Part shown: positions 1 to 9,728 of the stretch, in pieces
Layout: each line of letters starts with the position of its first letter
Numbering within the stretch: the stretch's first letter is position 1
NCBI GenBank assembly: GCA_965219415.1
Contig: CBDCNP010000001.1
Coordinates: 220,251 to 284,250, forward strand
Reading direction: 5' to 3'
Length of the DNA stretch: 64,000 bases
Source of the DNA: Candidatus Marinacidobacterales bacterium
GTDB lineage: Bacteria; Acidobacteriota; Vicinamibacteria; Marinacidobacterales; DATDRI01
Translations under genes and position numbers: made by a program
Notes under the pieces: model-generated
Database searches by the model: none
Told to the model about the DNA's origin: nothing
The model's input: the letters and a program-made list of their open reading frames with translations, nothing else

Positions 1-284
1 TCGAGAAGCACCGGTTCCAGGCGTTTGCCCGCCTCGGTGAGCTCGTAGACGGAAGCCGCGGCCGGGGGGGGAAGCTTGCTTTGGGTGATAAGCCCATCGT
101 TGGTGAGGCTCTTCAGGCGGTCGGCGAGCAGATTGGTACCGATTCCCGGCAGGGCATCGAGAAGATCGTTGTATCGCTTCGGCCCGGTCAAGAGCTCACG
201 TACGAGGAGCAGGGTCCAACGCTCCCCGAGGACGTCGAGCGCACCGGCCACCGAGCACGTTTGGTTGTAAGTGCGCTTCCTCAT
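1..284 (-). CDS. HxlR-family winged-helix transcriptional regulator (runs off window start)
   Basis: Manual translation from ATG at 284: MRKRTYNQTCSVAGALDVLGERWTLLLVRELLTGPKRYNDLLDALPGIGTNLLADRLKSL..., typical HxlR signature; absent from ORF track. Confidence 0.9.
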   Translation of the reverse strand, partial: MRKRTYNQTCSVAGALDVLGERWTLLLVRELLTGPKRYNDLLDALPGIGTNLLADRLKSLTNDGLITQSKLPPPAAASVYELTEAGKRLEPVLL

Positions 285-369
285 GACGCTCCAATCATAC
301 CACAGTTTTTTAAAGTTATTACTTGAAAAAAATATAGTATTCGATCTATATTGGCCTTGGAGGTGAAAC

Positions 370-723
370 ATGACTTGGCAGAAGGCGGTTCTCGGTTTGG
401 TTCTCATTCTCTTCCTGGCGATGACGGGTGAAGTGCTCTACGAGCACGGCTACTTGGGCTTCTTCGCCATCGCCGTCTCCAACTCCGCCACCCAGCTAAT
501 GATGTTCGACCTGGTGATCGCCTTGACGCTCGTCACCCTCTGGATGGTTGAGGACGCCAATGCGAAGGGAAAGTCCGTCGTCCCCTTCGTCCTCATCACC
601 CTATTCTTCGGAGCAGCCGGCCCGCTGCTCTACCTCATCACTCGCAGCGAAGGGAAGGTTTTTCAGCGTATCGCGGACAGTGCGGTACTGGCGCTTCTGA
701 TGGTCGCAGGGGTGGCGTTATGA
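370..723 (+). CDS. DUF2834-like integral membrane protein
   Basis: GGAGG RBS; 4 hydrophobic segments; DLVIAL..W and LITLFFGAAGPLLYL motifs. Confidence 0.75.
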   Translation: MTWQKAVLGLVLILFLAMTGEVLYEHGYLGFFAIAVSNSATQLMMFDLVIALTLVTLWMVEDANAKGKSVVPFVLITLFFGAAGPLLYLITRSEGKVFQRIADSAVLALLMVAGVAL

Positions 724-750
724 GCTGACGTCCAAGGGAGGTAGCGCCTG

Positions 751-1123
751 CTCGAGCCGTCCGTAAGCCGAGTTCTGTTCCCCCCCTTGGTTGCCCGCAG
801 GAGGGCGACGATCATTTATCTAGCCGCGACGATTGCTCGCCGCAGTCGAGCGACCTACCCGGAAGCTTCGGACGGGCCGCCCTCGAACGCTTCCCTATTT
901 GGTCTTGCTCCGTGCGGGGTTTGCCGTGCCTCGGATGTCACCACCCGAGCGGTGCGCTCTTACCGCACCATTTCACCCTTACCTTCCCCCGAAGGAAGAG
1001 GCGGTATATTTTCTGTGGCACTTTCCTTCCCGTCACCGGGACTGGGGGTTGCCCAGCGCACTGCCCTGGGGAGTTCGGACTTTCCTCCGGCCCGAAGGCC
1101 GGCGATCATCTGGTCGACTCGAA
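751..1123 (-). ncRNA. rnpB: RNase P RNA (bacterial type A)
   Basis: Minus strand has GAGGAAAGTCCGAAC, GAAAGTGCCACAGAAAA and ACAGAACTCGGCTTAC conserved segments; complementary 5'/3' ends; TATAAT at 1135-1140. Confidence 0.97.
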
Positions 1124-1175
1124 CAGGCGAGACCATTATACGGCACGCGGCAAACTGGACACGGTCCGCCGGTGC

Positions 1176-3732
1176 TTACTGAATGTAGCCGAGCGAGCGT
1201 AACTGCTGCAGCTGATCGGGAGAGAGCGCCACGTCTTCCGCGGCTTGGAACTGGGTGGCGAGCGCCTGATGCGCCTCCCACTGAACTTGGAGTCGCTTGC
1301 GGTAAGCCTCGACGAGCTCGGGGTAGCGTTCGTTGACGTTGTGGAGAGCATAGGGGTCGGAGAACAAATCGTACAGCAGCAGGCGCGGGGCCTCGGCAAA
1401 GTACGGATGCGTGGCACCCCAGCGACCCCCCGACGGGATCGCATGACGGCCGAGGTTGGGATCGGCGCCTTCCTTCACCGGGCTTACCTCTAGAGACGCC
1501 CCCCAGCGGCCATCGATCATTTCGATGTTCCCGTACCATTCTCCAGTCTCGGCATCGACCCGGAACTCGTCGAAGACGACGGGACGTTGCTCCCACCCGT
1601 CTTCCCCGGCAGGTCCGGCAGACCCGCGCAATAGGGGCGCTAGCGATTGCCCTTGCAAGACGTCCGGCTGCGGCAAGCCCACCAGGTCGAGCACGGTGGG
1701 CAACACGTCGATCATGGATACCGGCTCCGCAAAGCGTTGACCGCCCGCGTGGCGTCCGGGCCAAACGAAGATGAGCGGGATGCGACTATTGAAAGCTCCG
1801 AGGAGCGCCCCTTCCCAATCGGGAGGCTCTTCCTCGAGCATTCCTCTTCCGAAACGCGAGTAGCTGCCGGCGGGATGGCCATGGTCAGCGGCGATGATCA
1901 GAAGCGTCCGCTCCCATTCGTCACTTGCCTTCAGCCGGTCGACCAGACGCCCGAGCTGATAGTCCTGGTGCGCCATGGTCTCATCGTAGAGACCGCGGTG
2001 GCGCTCGTAGAATGTTTGGCGAGGAATGCTCTCTCGTTCCAGAGCGTGGCGATACGCGGCGAAGATGCTCGTAAGCTCCAATTACTTGCTGAACATCTTC
2101 CCCTCCCACCTGGGAGAGCTCGGCGCTTTGCTCCGGCGAGACGTACAGGCCGGCGAAGGGAGGCACCGGTCGATAGGGCCAGTGGACGTCGGTCGTTTGG
2201 AAGTGCGCCAGATACGGCTCGGCACCGTACCGTTCGCGAATCCGCCAGAAATCTTCCTGAAGATCCTTGGAGGATTCTGAATGATGACCGCCTAGGTGCT
2301 CGACAAGAACGTCCATCCCGCGTTCCATGCCGATCAGCCGGCCGGCGTTAGGGTTGGTGGTAAAAGAAGACGTCAAGTATCCGGCGTCGTGCAAATGCTC
2401 CGCCATGGTCGTAGCACTCGGCGGCAACGGGGAAGAGTAGACGCCTCGGCTCAGCCCGCCCAGGACGCTGTGCTGGAGCGAGGTCATGAACGATGCGGTC
2501 GACGGCTGAGTCCAAGTCGAGTTGCTGAAGGCGCGTTCGAAGACCGCCCCTTCCGCAGACAGGCGTTCTATGTTGGGCGTGGTGCGGCGGTTGTATCCAT
2601 AAACGCTCATGAAGTCCGCCCCCGCACCGTCGATCACATAGAAGATGACGTTCGGATGGTCGGATCCGTGATCGCCGCCCAGTGTCGGGGCACCCCAAAG
2701 AGCCACCGTCCCTTCGCGGGCCGCGTCGGCTTCGAGGAAGAGCGTTACCGGGCTTCCTTGGTGGGCCTCATAGCTCGAGAGATCCACACTGATGGGTTTC
2801 CAACTAGCGGGGTCGGCGTAGGAGTCTTCGAAAACGACCCCGGCCTCTTCTCCATCGGCCTGTACAGTGATCTTGAAATCGACCGGAATGTCGGAGCGCA
2901 CGACTCCCAGTTCGAGATCCAATCGACCCCCTGGCGGCACGTTCACGCGATAGCTCAGGCTCGCCGGTGTGTGTGCAAAGAGAGTCCGGCGCACCGAGTT
3001 CGCCCGCGCCACGCTCTTGACCCCGTAGGGGTCTCGGAAGGTGCCGCCCGACGGGACGGCGCTTATCGAAACGATTTCGAAGCTCGCTTCTTCGAGCGCG
3101 CCAACCGCAATGCCCAGATGCTTTCAGGGCTTGTCTTCGCTCACGGATTCGGGGCCCACGGATTCGGGGCCCATCGATCCGGGACGGGTCACCGGGAAGA
3201 CGTAAGTCTGCAGCTCACCGTCGCTGAATACCGGCGTCGCCTCGACCATGCCTGCCAAGTGGCCAAGCATGTCGGAGGGCATGACGCCACCTTCGAACTC
3301 GAAACCGATCAGCATGCCCCAAACCGGATCCGACGTGCGGGCGCGCAGCACGATCGCTTCCCAATCATCGAAATCCCAATCGTCGAGCTCGGTGTAGAGT
3401 CCCCCGATGACCAGCATGCCGGCTCGACCCACCTCGAGGAGGGATAGGCGCAAGGCGCCGTCTATACTCGCGAGCTCCGTGGAGTGGCGGTTTCCCGATC
3501 GGCCCGGAATCGCCAAGGGCTTCCATTCCGGTCGCGGCTCGTCGAACTTCCACTCGATTTCTCGAAGAGCCTCGGTGGAAGGCCCGGCACTCTCGATCTC
3601 CGCCGACTCGAGATGCTGCTCGAGGTGGAGTGCAGTATCCGAATCGAGAGGGCCAGGCGAGCTTCCGCATCCCCCGCCGAAGACTGGCAATACGAACGCG
3701 GCAACGTAGGGAAGGTAGCGCTTCGGCTTCAT
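1176..3732 (-). CDS. Sulfatase-like (alkaline phosphatase superfamily) putative lipoprotein, frameshifted near 3125 and 2090
   Basis: Three consecutive ORF pieces (3732-3124, 3012-1981, 2081-1176): lipobox-like GGC, PNVIFYVIDG, ADHG, C-terminal LRSLGYI. Confidence 0.8.
3142..3171 (+). repeat. 15-bp tandem repeat (cacggattcggggcc)x2 encoding GPESV-GPESV
   Basis: Seen directly in sequence. Confidence 0.85.
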
Positions 3733-3744
3733 CAGCGGCGGGAA

Positions 3745-5109
3745 CTAACCGTCGGTCTCTTGTGCGATCTTGTACTGTTCGAGCTTCTTATAGAGATTGC
3801 TGCGAGGGGTTCCGATGATTTGGGCGGTTTGGGAGATGTTCCAGTCGTTTTCCCTGAGCTTCGCAACGAGAAACGCCCTCTCGCTCACCTCCTTGAACTC
3901 CTTCAGGGTTCCAACGCCGAGGTGGTCAGCCTGAACGAGCTCGCCGGGGTAGCGGATGCTCTCGGGAAGATCCTCGACCCCGATCACATCGCTGTTGGAC
4001 ATGATGAGTAGATGCTCCACGGTGTTACGCAGCTCGCGGATGTTTCCTCTAAAAGAATACTTTTGGAGTCTCTCCAACGCCTCGGGGGAGAATTTCTTCT
4101 TCCGCAAGTGATCTTCGGTCGAGAACGCCTCCATGAAATGCGCTACCAGGGCAGGAATGTCCTCGTTGCGGTCTCGCAGAGGAGTCATCTCGATGGGAAT
4201 GACCGAAAGGCGGAAATAGAGATCCTCGCGGAAGTTTCCGGCGGCGATCTCATCATCCAGCTTCTTGTTGGTGGCGGCGATCACTCGCACATCGACCTTG
4301 TTCGTCGCCGCCGAGCCCACCCGCTCGACTTCGCCTTCCTGCAACACTCGAAGCACTTTGGCCTGCGTGCGTGCACTCATGTCCCCGATTTCGTCGAGAA
4401 AGATGGTGCCGCGATGGGCTTGCTCGAACTTCCCAACTTGCTTATTGGTGGCTCCGGTGAAGGATCCCTTCTCGTGTCCAAAGAGCTCGCTTTCGATGAG
4501 GTCCTCGGGAATAGCGGCGCAATTGACTTGGACGAAGGGAGCGCGGGCTCGATTGCTGTTGCCATGGATGGCGCGTGCCACCAACTCTTTTCCGGTTCCC
4601 GACTCCCCGGTGATGAGAACGGTCGCGTTGGTGGGTGCGGAGCGGCGAATGGCTTCACCGACTTTGTCCATGGCCTTGCTGGAACCGACCATCCGATACT
4701 GGCGCTCAAAACGAAGCCGCAGCCGGCCGACTTCTTCCTCCAACTCCTTCCGCTCGGCGGCATTCCGGACCGCGAGCAAGACCCGCTCGGTCTCCAAGGG
4801 CTTTTCGATGAAATCGAACGCCCCGAGTCGGGTGGCCTGGACTGCGGTCTCGACGGTTCCGTGCCCACTGATGATGATCACCTGGGTGGAAGGTGATTTC
4901 TCTTTCAGCTGCTCCAGGACTTCCAGACCGTCGATGCCAGGCATCTTGATATCGAGGAAGATCAGATCGGGAGGATCTTGCGCGACGGCCTTGATCGCCT
5001 CGACCCCGGACGGAGCCTCGGTGACTTCGAAGCCCTCGTACTCGAGGGTCATGCGCATCGTTTTTCGGATGGACTCCTCGTCGTCTACAACGAGTATTCG
5101 GGGTCTCAC
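3745..5109 (-). CDS. Sigma-54-dependent response regulator (NtrC/NtrX family)
   Basis: Receiver (VVDDE, LDIKMP), GESGTGKE, GSFTGA, Fis-type HTH. Confidence 0.95.
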   Translation of the reverse strand: MRPRILVVDDEESIRKTMRMTLEYEGFEVTEAPSGVEAIKAVAQDPPDLIFLDIKMPGIDGLEVLEQLKEKSPSTQVIIISGHGTVETAVQATRLGAFDFIEKPLETERVLLAVRNAAERKELEEEVGRLRLRFERQYRMVGSSKAMDKVGEAIRRSAPTNATVLITGESGTGKELVARAIHGNSNRARAPFVQVNCAAIPEDLIESELFGHEKGSFTGATNKQVGKFEQAHRGTIFLDEIGDMSARTQAKVLRVLQEGEVERVGSAATNKVDVRVIAATNKKLDDEIAAGNFREDLYFRLSVIPIEMTPLRDRNEDIPALVAHFMEAFSTEDHLRKKKFSPEALERLQKYSFRGNIRELRNTVEHLLIMSNSDVIGVEDLPESIRYPGELVQADHLGVGTLKEFKEVSERAFLVAKLRENDWNISQTAQIIGTPRSNLYKKLEQYKIAQETDG

Positions 5110-5222
5110 AACTTTTCGCCTCGATGCGCGCCCTGCCCTGTAGGGGATGCCGGGATGACGGGACGTCGGGACGTCGGGACACCTGGCGCGGGCTCAAACG
5201 GGGCCCACTTCTCTCCAAACTT

Positions 5223-6761
5223 TCAACGCCTGTCAGGTCCAGGCGCGCCATCCCCTTCAGCCCGGACCTTCGCAATAAAAGCGAAGTTTGCGCTCCGCAC
5301 AACGTACAGCAGCAGCAGCTCCCCCGGACCGGCCTGCCCGATCGCTTCCCGATAGCCACTCGGGTCTGAAACGGCTCGGCGGTTGACCTCAGTGATGACG
5401 TCCCCGCGCTGCACGCCCTCGTCCGCAGCCGGGCTCAGCGGTTTGACCCGCGCCACCATCACTCCCTGGATGTCTTCCGGCAAACCGTATCGCTGTACAG
5501 CAGCGGGAGACAGCGGTTGCACAGCGAGGCCCAAGTCATCGACGGTGTCTGGTTCCTCCGTCGAGGGTTCCGCCTCTCGTGTCGCTCCTGCCACGGCCCG
5601 TTCGTCCAGAGTGGCCCGGAGCTCCAATCGTTTGCCGTCGCGGTAGACGGTAACCTCGACGGGGGTCTCCGGAGCAGAGGAGCTGATCGCCCTCACTAGA
5701 TCCGCTCCGGTTGATACCGGCTCCCCATTCACGGCCACGATCACGTCGTAGCGCTTGAAGCCCGCCTTGTGCGCCGGGGAGTCAACGGTGACACTCGTGA
5801 CTACCGTGCCGCGGGGCTCGGGAAGCCCGAGCTGTTCCTGAAAGTCCTCATCCGCGTCGTCGAGACTGACTCCTAGATAGCCACGCGACACCGCGCCGCG
5901 CTCTCTCAGTTGACTCAAAATGTCCTTTGCGGTGTTGATCGGGATGGCGAAACCGATACCCTGCCCTTGCTGGCTTACCGCGGTGTTGATCCCTACCACC
6001 TCGCCTTGGGAGTTGAGCAGCGGCCCACCCGAGTTTCCAAAATTGATGGCGGCATCGGTCTGAATGAAGTTGTCGAAACTCGGATTCCAGAGCACCCGGC
6101 CTTTGTAACTCACCACGCCAACGGTCACCGTGTGGTCGTACATGCGCAGCGGGTTGCCAATGGCAACCACCCACTCGCCCACCCGTAGAGCATCGGAGTC
6201 ACCGAGAACGATGGCAGGATACTCTCCTGGCTCGTCCACTTTGAGAAGCGCCAAGTCGGTCTCCCGATCACTGCCGATCACCTTCGCGCGCAGGGTCCGT
6301 GAGTCGAAGAGCGACACATCGACGCGGTCGGCACCCTCGATGACATGATGATTGGTCAGGAGATAGCCTTCCTTGTCGATGAAAAAACCCGAGCCGGAAC
6401 CTCGCCTCGGCAACTCCAACCCTTCATGGGGATCGGACTCACCGAAGAAATCGAAGGGATTCTTCGATGAGCCACCGCTTCTGAGTCCCATGGTGTCAGT
6501 ACCGGTAGCGACGATGTTCAAGACCGCGGGATTCACCTTCTCCACGATGTTGGCGAAGTCAACTAGCCCGGCCGTTCCGGCCATTCCAGAACGTCCGCTG
6601 TTTCCGGTTGCCGGGGATGGGCCGGGATCGGGAAACGAGGGTTTGTTATCGGAAGAGGATCGGGCGGCGTTCGGAGCGATCGCCCCTGCCAAAATCAGGC
6701 CAAGCATGAAAGCGAATGCGGCTGCAACGGCCGCAGCGATCAGGAGTTCCTGCTTTTTCAT
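5223..6761 (-). CDS. HtrA/DegQ serine protease with two PDZ domains
   Basis: TNHHV, DLALL and GNSGG triad motifs; start set at MKKQELL (N-terminal TM). Confidence 0.95.
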   Translation of the reverse strand: MKKQELLIAAAVAAAFAFMLGLILAGAIAPNAARSSSDNKPSFPDPGPSPATGNSGRSGMAGTAGLVDFANIVEKVNPAVLNIVATGTDTMGLRSGGSSKNPFDFFGESDPHEGLELPRRGSGSGFFIDKEGYLLTNHHVIEGADRVDVSLFDSRTLRAKVIGSDRETDLALLKVDEPGEYPAIVLGDSDALRVGEWVVAIGNPLRMYDHTVTVGVVSYKGRVLWNPSFDNFIQTDAAINFGNSGGPLLNSQGEVVGINTAVSQQGQGIGFAIPINTAKDILSQLRERGAVSRGYLGVSLDDADEDFQEQLGLPEPRGTVVTSVTVDSPAHKAGFKRYDVIVAVNGEPVSTGADLVRAISSSAPETPVEVTVYRDGKRLELRATLDERAVAGATREAEPSTEEPDTVDDLGLAVQPLSPAAVQRYGLPEDIQGVMVARVKPLSPAADEGVQRGDVITEVNRRAVSDPSGYREAIGQAGPGELLLLYVVRSANFAFIAKVRAEGDGAPGPDRR

Positions 6762-6851
6762 GAACAAGCGGAGTATAGCACAGGGATGCCGGGGCACCTT
6801 TTTCCGTGGCAACGCCGTATCTTGGCGTCCGCCATGCAAAAAAGCCTTTGG

Positions 6852-7349
6852 TTATTGTTTCTCCTGATTGATCGCGAGCTCGATGACGGGGGGGGGTCCG
6901 GTTTCAAGGAACGACTCCACGGCATCGGTGAACGCGACGACATCCAGCCCCATGAAGCGCCCGTCGATACGGCGCAGTTTGGCGATGCCCTTTGTTGCGA
7001 GTTTCCGAGCCCCTTCGGCTCGGCCGGCGCGATGTTGGACGAGTGCCGCGGCGACTTGGATCAGACCTTGAAGAAACGAAGCAGCGGTTGCGCTGCGGTC
7101 GGTGACTTGCCAGAGCATCTCCCACTCGGCGTGGGCTTCCCACCAATAACTTTGATTGAACAAGTCTACTCCGTAGAGATAGGGCTCGTTCTCCTGCCAA
7201 CGGTCGGCATCGAAGAGTTTCGGTGGAGATTCTGTTCTTCCATACATGTGACCGGCCGGATCACGCTCCGGATGTGGCGTTTCACCTGGTTGGTGTTGGT
7301 ACGGAGGGAACGCTCGCCGGGAATAGCGCCGAACAGCGCGAGGGGGCAA
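6852..7349 (-). CDS. DUF309 family protein
   Basis: GVDLFN..YWWEAHAEWE and LQGLIQ motifs. Confidence 0.9.
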   Translation of the reverse strand: MPPRAVRRYSRRAFPPYQHQPGETPHPERDPAGHMYGRTESPPKLFDADRWQENEPYLYGVDLFNQSYWWEAHAEWEMLWQVTDRSATAASFLQGLIQVAAALVQHRAGRAEGARKLATKGIAKLRRIDGRFMGLDVVAFTDAVESFLETGPPPVIELAINQEKQ

Positions 7350-8360
7350 TTACAGATTTCGCTCGATGACGTAATCGGCCAAAGCGATGAGCGAATCCTT
7401 GTGCGGCGAATCGGGTAGAGGAGCGAGGGTCTGCTTTGCTTGGTTAGAATAATTCTCCGCCACGCTTCGGGCCTTGTCGAGCGCACGATGCCGGCGGACC
7501 AATTCCAAGATCTCTTTACCACTCACCTCGTCGACCTCTTTGTGGTCGATGACGGCTTGCACGGTCGGCGTCGCTCGGGGCTCAGCCTGCAAAGCATAGA
7601 GGATCGGTAAGGTGACGTGCCCCTCTTTGAGATCTGCCAGGACAGGTTTCCCTAGCACTTTTTCGTCGGCCATGAAGTCCAACATGTCGTCGACCACTTG
7701 GAACGCCATGCCCAAATTCAGCCCATACTCTGTGAGGATGTGCACCTCCTCTTCTCCCGCCTCGGCGAGCACGGCACCGATCCGGGAACAACCGCTAAAC
7801 AAGTAGGCCGTCTTCAGCCTCAAGATCTCCAGATGCTCGTCCTCGGTGATCTTCAAGTCGCCGCCCCGATTCAATTCCAAGATCATGCCTTCGATCATGC
7901 GGAGCGTGACATCGCAGATCACCTCCAGGATCTTCAGGTTCCCGAGCTCGATGGCTAAGCCCATCGAGCGTATGTAGAGGTAGTCACCTAGCAGTACCGT
8001 CACATCGTTGCCAAGCAACGAGTTCACAGAAGTCTTCCCGCGCCGCAGCGTCGCCTCGTCGATGATGTCGTCGTGGATCAAAGTCGCGGTATGGATGAAC
8101 TCCATAACGGCCGCGTAGTAGTGAGCCTTCCCACCACGGTAGCCGCAGAGCTTGCCGGCGAGCAGTAAGAGCGCAGGGCGGATCCGCTTGCCTCCGCTCT
8201 CATAGACGTAGCGGCTGCTCTGCTGGATCAGCTCGACGTTGCTGTTGATCTTTTCTTCGATGAACTTGTCTACCTGCGTAAGCTCCTCATGCACCTCGGC
8301 GAAGATGTCGTCGAGGCCAATCGAAGGCCAGGCGGGGCGCGTGGATTCGGGAACCTGCAT
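7350..8360 (-). CDS. Polyprenyl diphosphate synthase (IspB-like)
   Basis: GGKRIRP, DDIID (FARM), FQVVDD (SARM). Confidence 0.95.
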   Translation of the reverse strand: MQVPESTRPAWPSIGLDDIFAEVHEELTQVDKFIEEKINSNVELIQQSSRYVYESGGKRIRPALLLLAGKLCGYRGGKAHYYAAVMEFIHTATLIHDDIIDEATLRRGKTSVNSLLGNDVTVLLGDYLYIRSMGLAIELGNLKILEVICDVTLRMIEGMILELNRGGDLKITEDEHLEILRLKTAYLFSGCSRIGAVLAEAGEEEVHILTEYGLNLGMAFQVVDDMLDFMADEKVLGKPVLADLKEGHVTLPILYALQAEPRATPTVQAVIDHKEVDEVSGKEILELVRRHRALDKARSVAENYSNQAKQTLAPLPDSPHKDSLIALADYVIERNL

Positions 8361-8368
8361 GGGTCGTC

Positions 8369-8860
8369 CTAGCGGTAGTTCGTGAACTCCATGTGAATGT
8401 CCATGTCGGTGTCACGTAGTAACTGCATGATTTTCTGCAGATCGTCTTTGCTTTTGCCAGTCACCCTCAACTGATCGCCCTGAATCGCAGTCTGCACCTT
8501 GAGCTTGGTGCCCTTGACCATCTTCACGATCTCCCGTGCCTTCTCGATCGGGATACCACTTTGGAGATCGACGCGCTGTTTGACCGTACCTCCGAGGGCG
8601 GTTTCGATTTCTCCGGGTTGGAGCGCCTTGAGGGAAACCTTCCGCTTGATCAATTTCCCCTTCAAGACCTCCATGGCACTCTTCAATTTGTACTCATCGA
8701 CGGAGGTCAACTCGAGATGGTCCTCCCCGAGCTGGATCGCCGTCTTGGAACCCTTGAAATCGAAGCGGTTTTGGATCTCCTTGCCTGCCTGCTGGACGGC
8801 GTTTTTCACCTCCTGCAGATCTACCTCGGAAACTACATCAAAGGAATGGCCTGGTGGCAT
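8369..8860 (-). CDS. yajQ: YajQ family nucleotide/c-di-GMP-binding protein
   Basis: SFDVVSEVD, RFDFKG, IQGDQLRVTGK, FTNYR. Confidence 0.96.
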   Translation of the reverse strand: MPPGHSFDVVSEVDLQEVKNAVQQAGKEIQNRFDFKGSKTAIQLGEDHLELTSVDEYKLKSAMEVLKGKLIKRKVSLKALQPGEIETALGGTVKQRVDLQSGIPIEKAREIVKMVKGTKLKVQTAIQGDQLRVTGKSKDDLQKIMQLLRDTDMDIHMEFTNYR

Positions 8861-8960
8861 AGGGCCCTCATTATCGCGGAAATCGCCCTGTCAATCAATT
8901 CAGCGGGCGATTCCGGGGCGGCGGGCAGGCAGGGCGCAAGCGATTGAAAGGAAAGGGGAT

Positions 8961-9728
8961 TTAGCGACGGAAGAAACGGCGGAAGTTGGCGTCGGTCGCG
9001 TCCTCGACTTCATCGAGGCTGATCCCCTTGAGCTTCGCCAACGCGGCGGCGGTATCCCTTACGAACGCGGGCTCGTTCCGTTTTCCTCGATGCGGCACCG
9101 GTGCCAAATAGGGCGAATCCGTCTCCACCAGGAGCTTGTCCATCGGGAGATCCTTGGCGACCTCCCGTAGGGACTCGGCGTTCTTGAAGGTCAGGATGCC
9201 GGAGAAGGAGATGAGGAAACCGAGCTCGATCGCCGCCTTGGCGGTCGCGAGATCGGCCGTGAAAGAGTGCAAGATCCCGCCGACTTCACGCGCGCGCTCC
9301 TCCCTCAGGATGGTGACCAGGTCCGCCTCCGACTCCCGCTGATGGATGATGATTGGGAGACCCAGTTTTTTTGCCACCCGTATCTGCCGCCGAAAGACGT
9401 CTCGCTGGATCTCGGGTGGGGACAAATTATAGTGATAGTCCAACCCGATCTCCCCGATGGCCACTAACCGAGGACGCTGACTCAACCTCTCGAGCGTCGT
9501 CTCACCATCGGCTCCGAACGCTTTGGCGTCGTGGGGGTGGCAACCTATCGCGGTCAGAAGCGCCGGATGCTCGTCTACGAGCTCGAAGGCTTTGGTGTAG
9601 GTGGCCCCTTCATCCATGAGGCCCAAGGAGAGAATGGTGTCGATCCCGGCCGCCTTGGCTCGTCGTAGAACGCCGGCTCGATCGTGATCGAATGCGTCCA
9701 TCTCCAGGTGGGCATGTGAGTCAATCAT
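8961..9728 (-). CDS. TatD family metal-dependent nuclease
   Basis: MIDSHAH, GEIGLDY, ETDSPYL. Confidence 0.95.
   Translation of the reverse strand: MIDSHAHLEMDAFDHDRAGVLRRAKAAGIDTILSLGLMDEGATYTKAFELVDEHPALLTAIGCHPHDAKAFGADGETTLERLSQRPRLVAIGEIGLDYHYNLSPPEIQRDVFRRQIRVAKKLGLPIIIHQRESEADLVTILREERAREVGGILHSFTADLATAKAAIELGFLISFSGILTFKNAESLREVAKDLPMDKLLVETDSPYLAPVPHRGKRNEPAFVRDTAAALAKLKGISLDEVEDATDANFRRFFRR

Noticed and set aside
787-1336. Plus-strand ORFs of 96-167 aa
   Set aside because: Antisense shadows of rnpB and the sulfatase-like gene's 3' end
3124-3126. TGA in the sulfatase-like gene as a possible Sec codon
   Set aside because: Downstream coding continues in a different frame and there is no redox motif; it is a frameshift
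2296-4896. Long plus-strand ORFs (383 aa, 294 aa, etc.)
   Set aside because: Antisense to well-supported genes; typical of high-GC DNA
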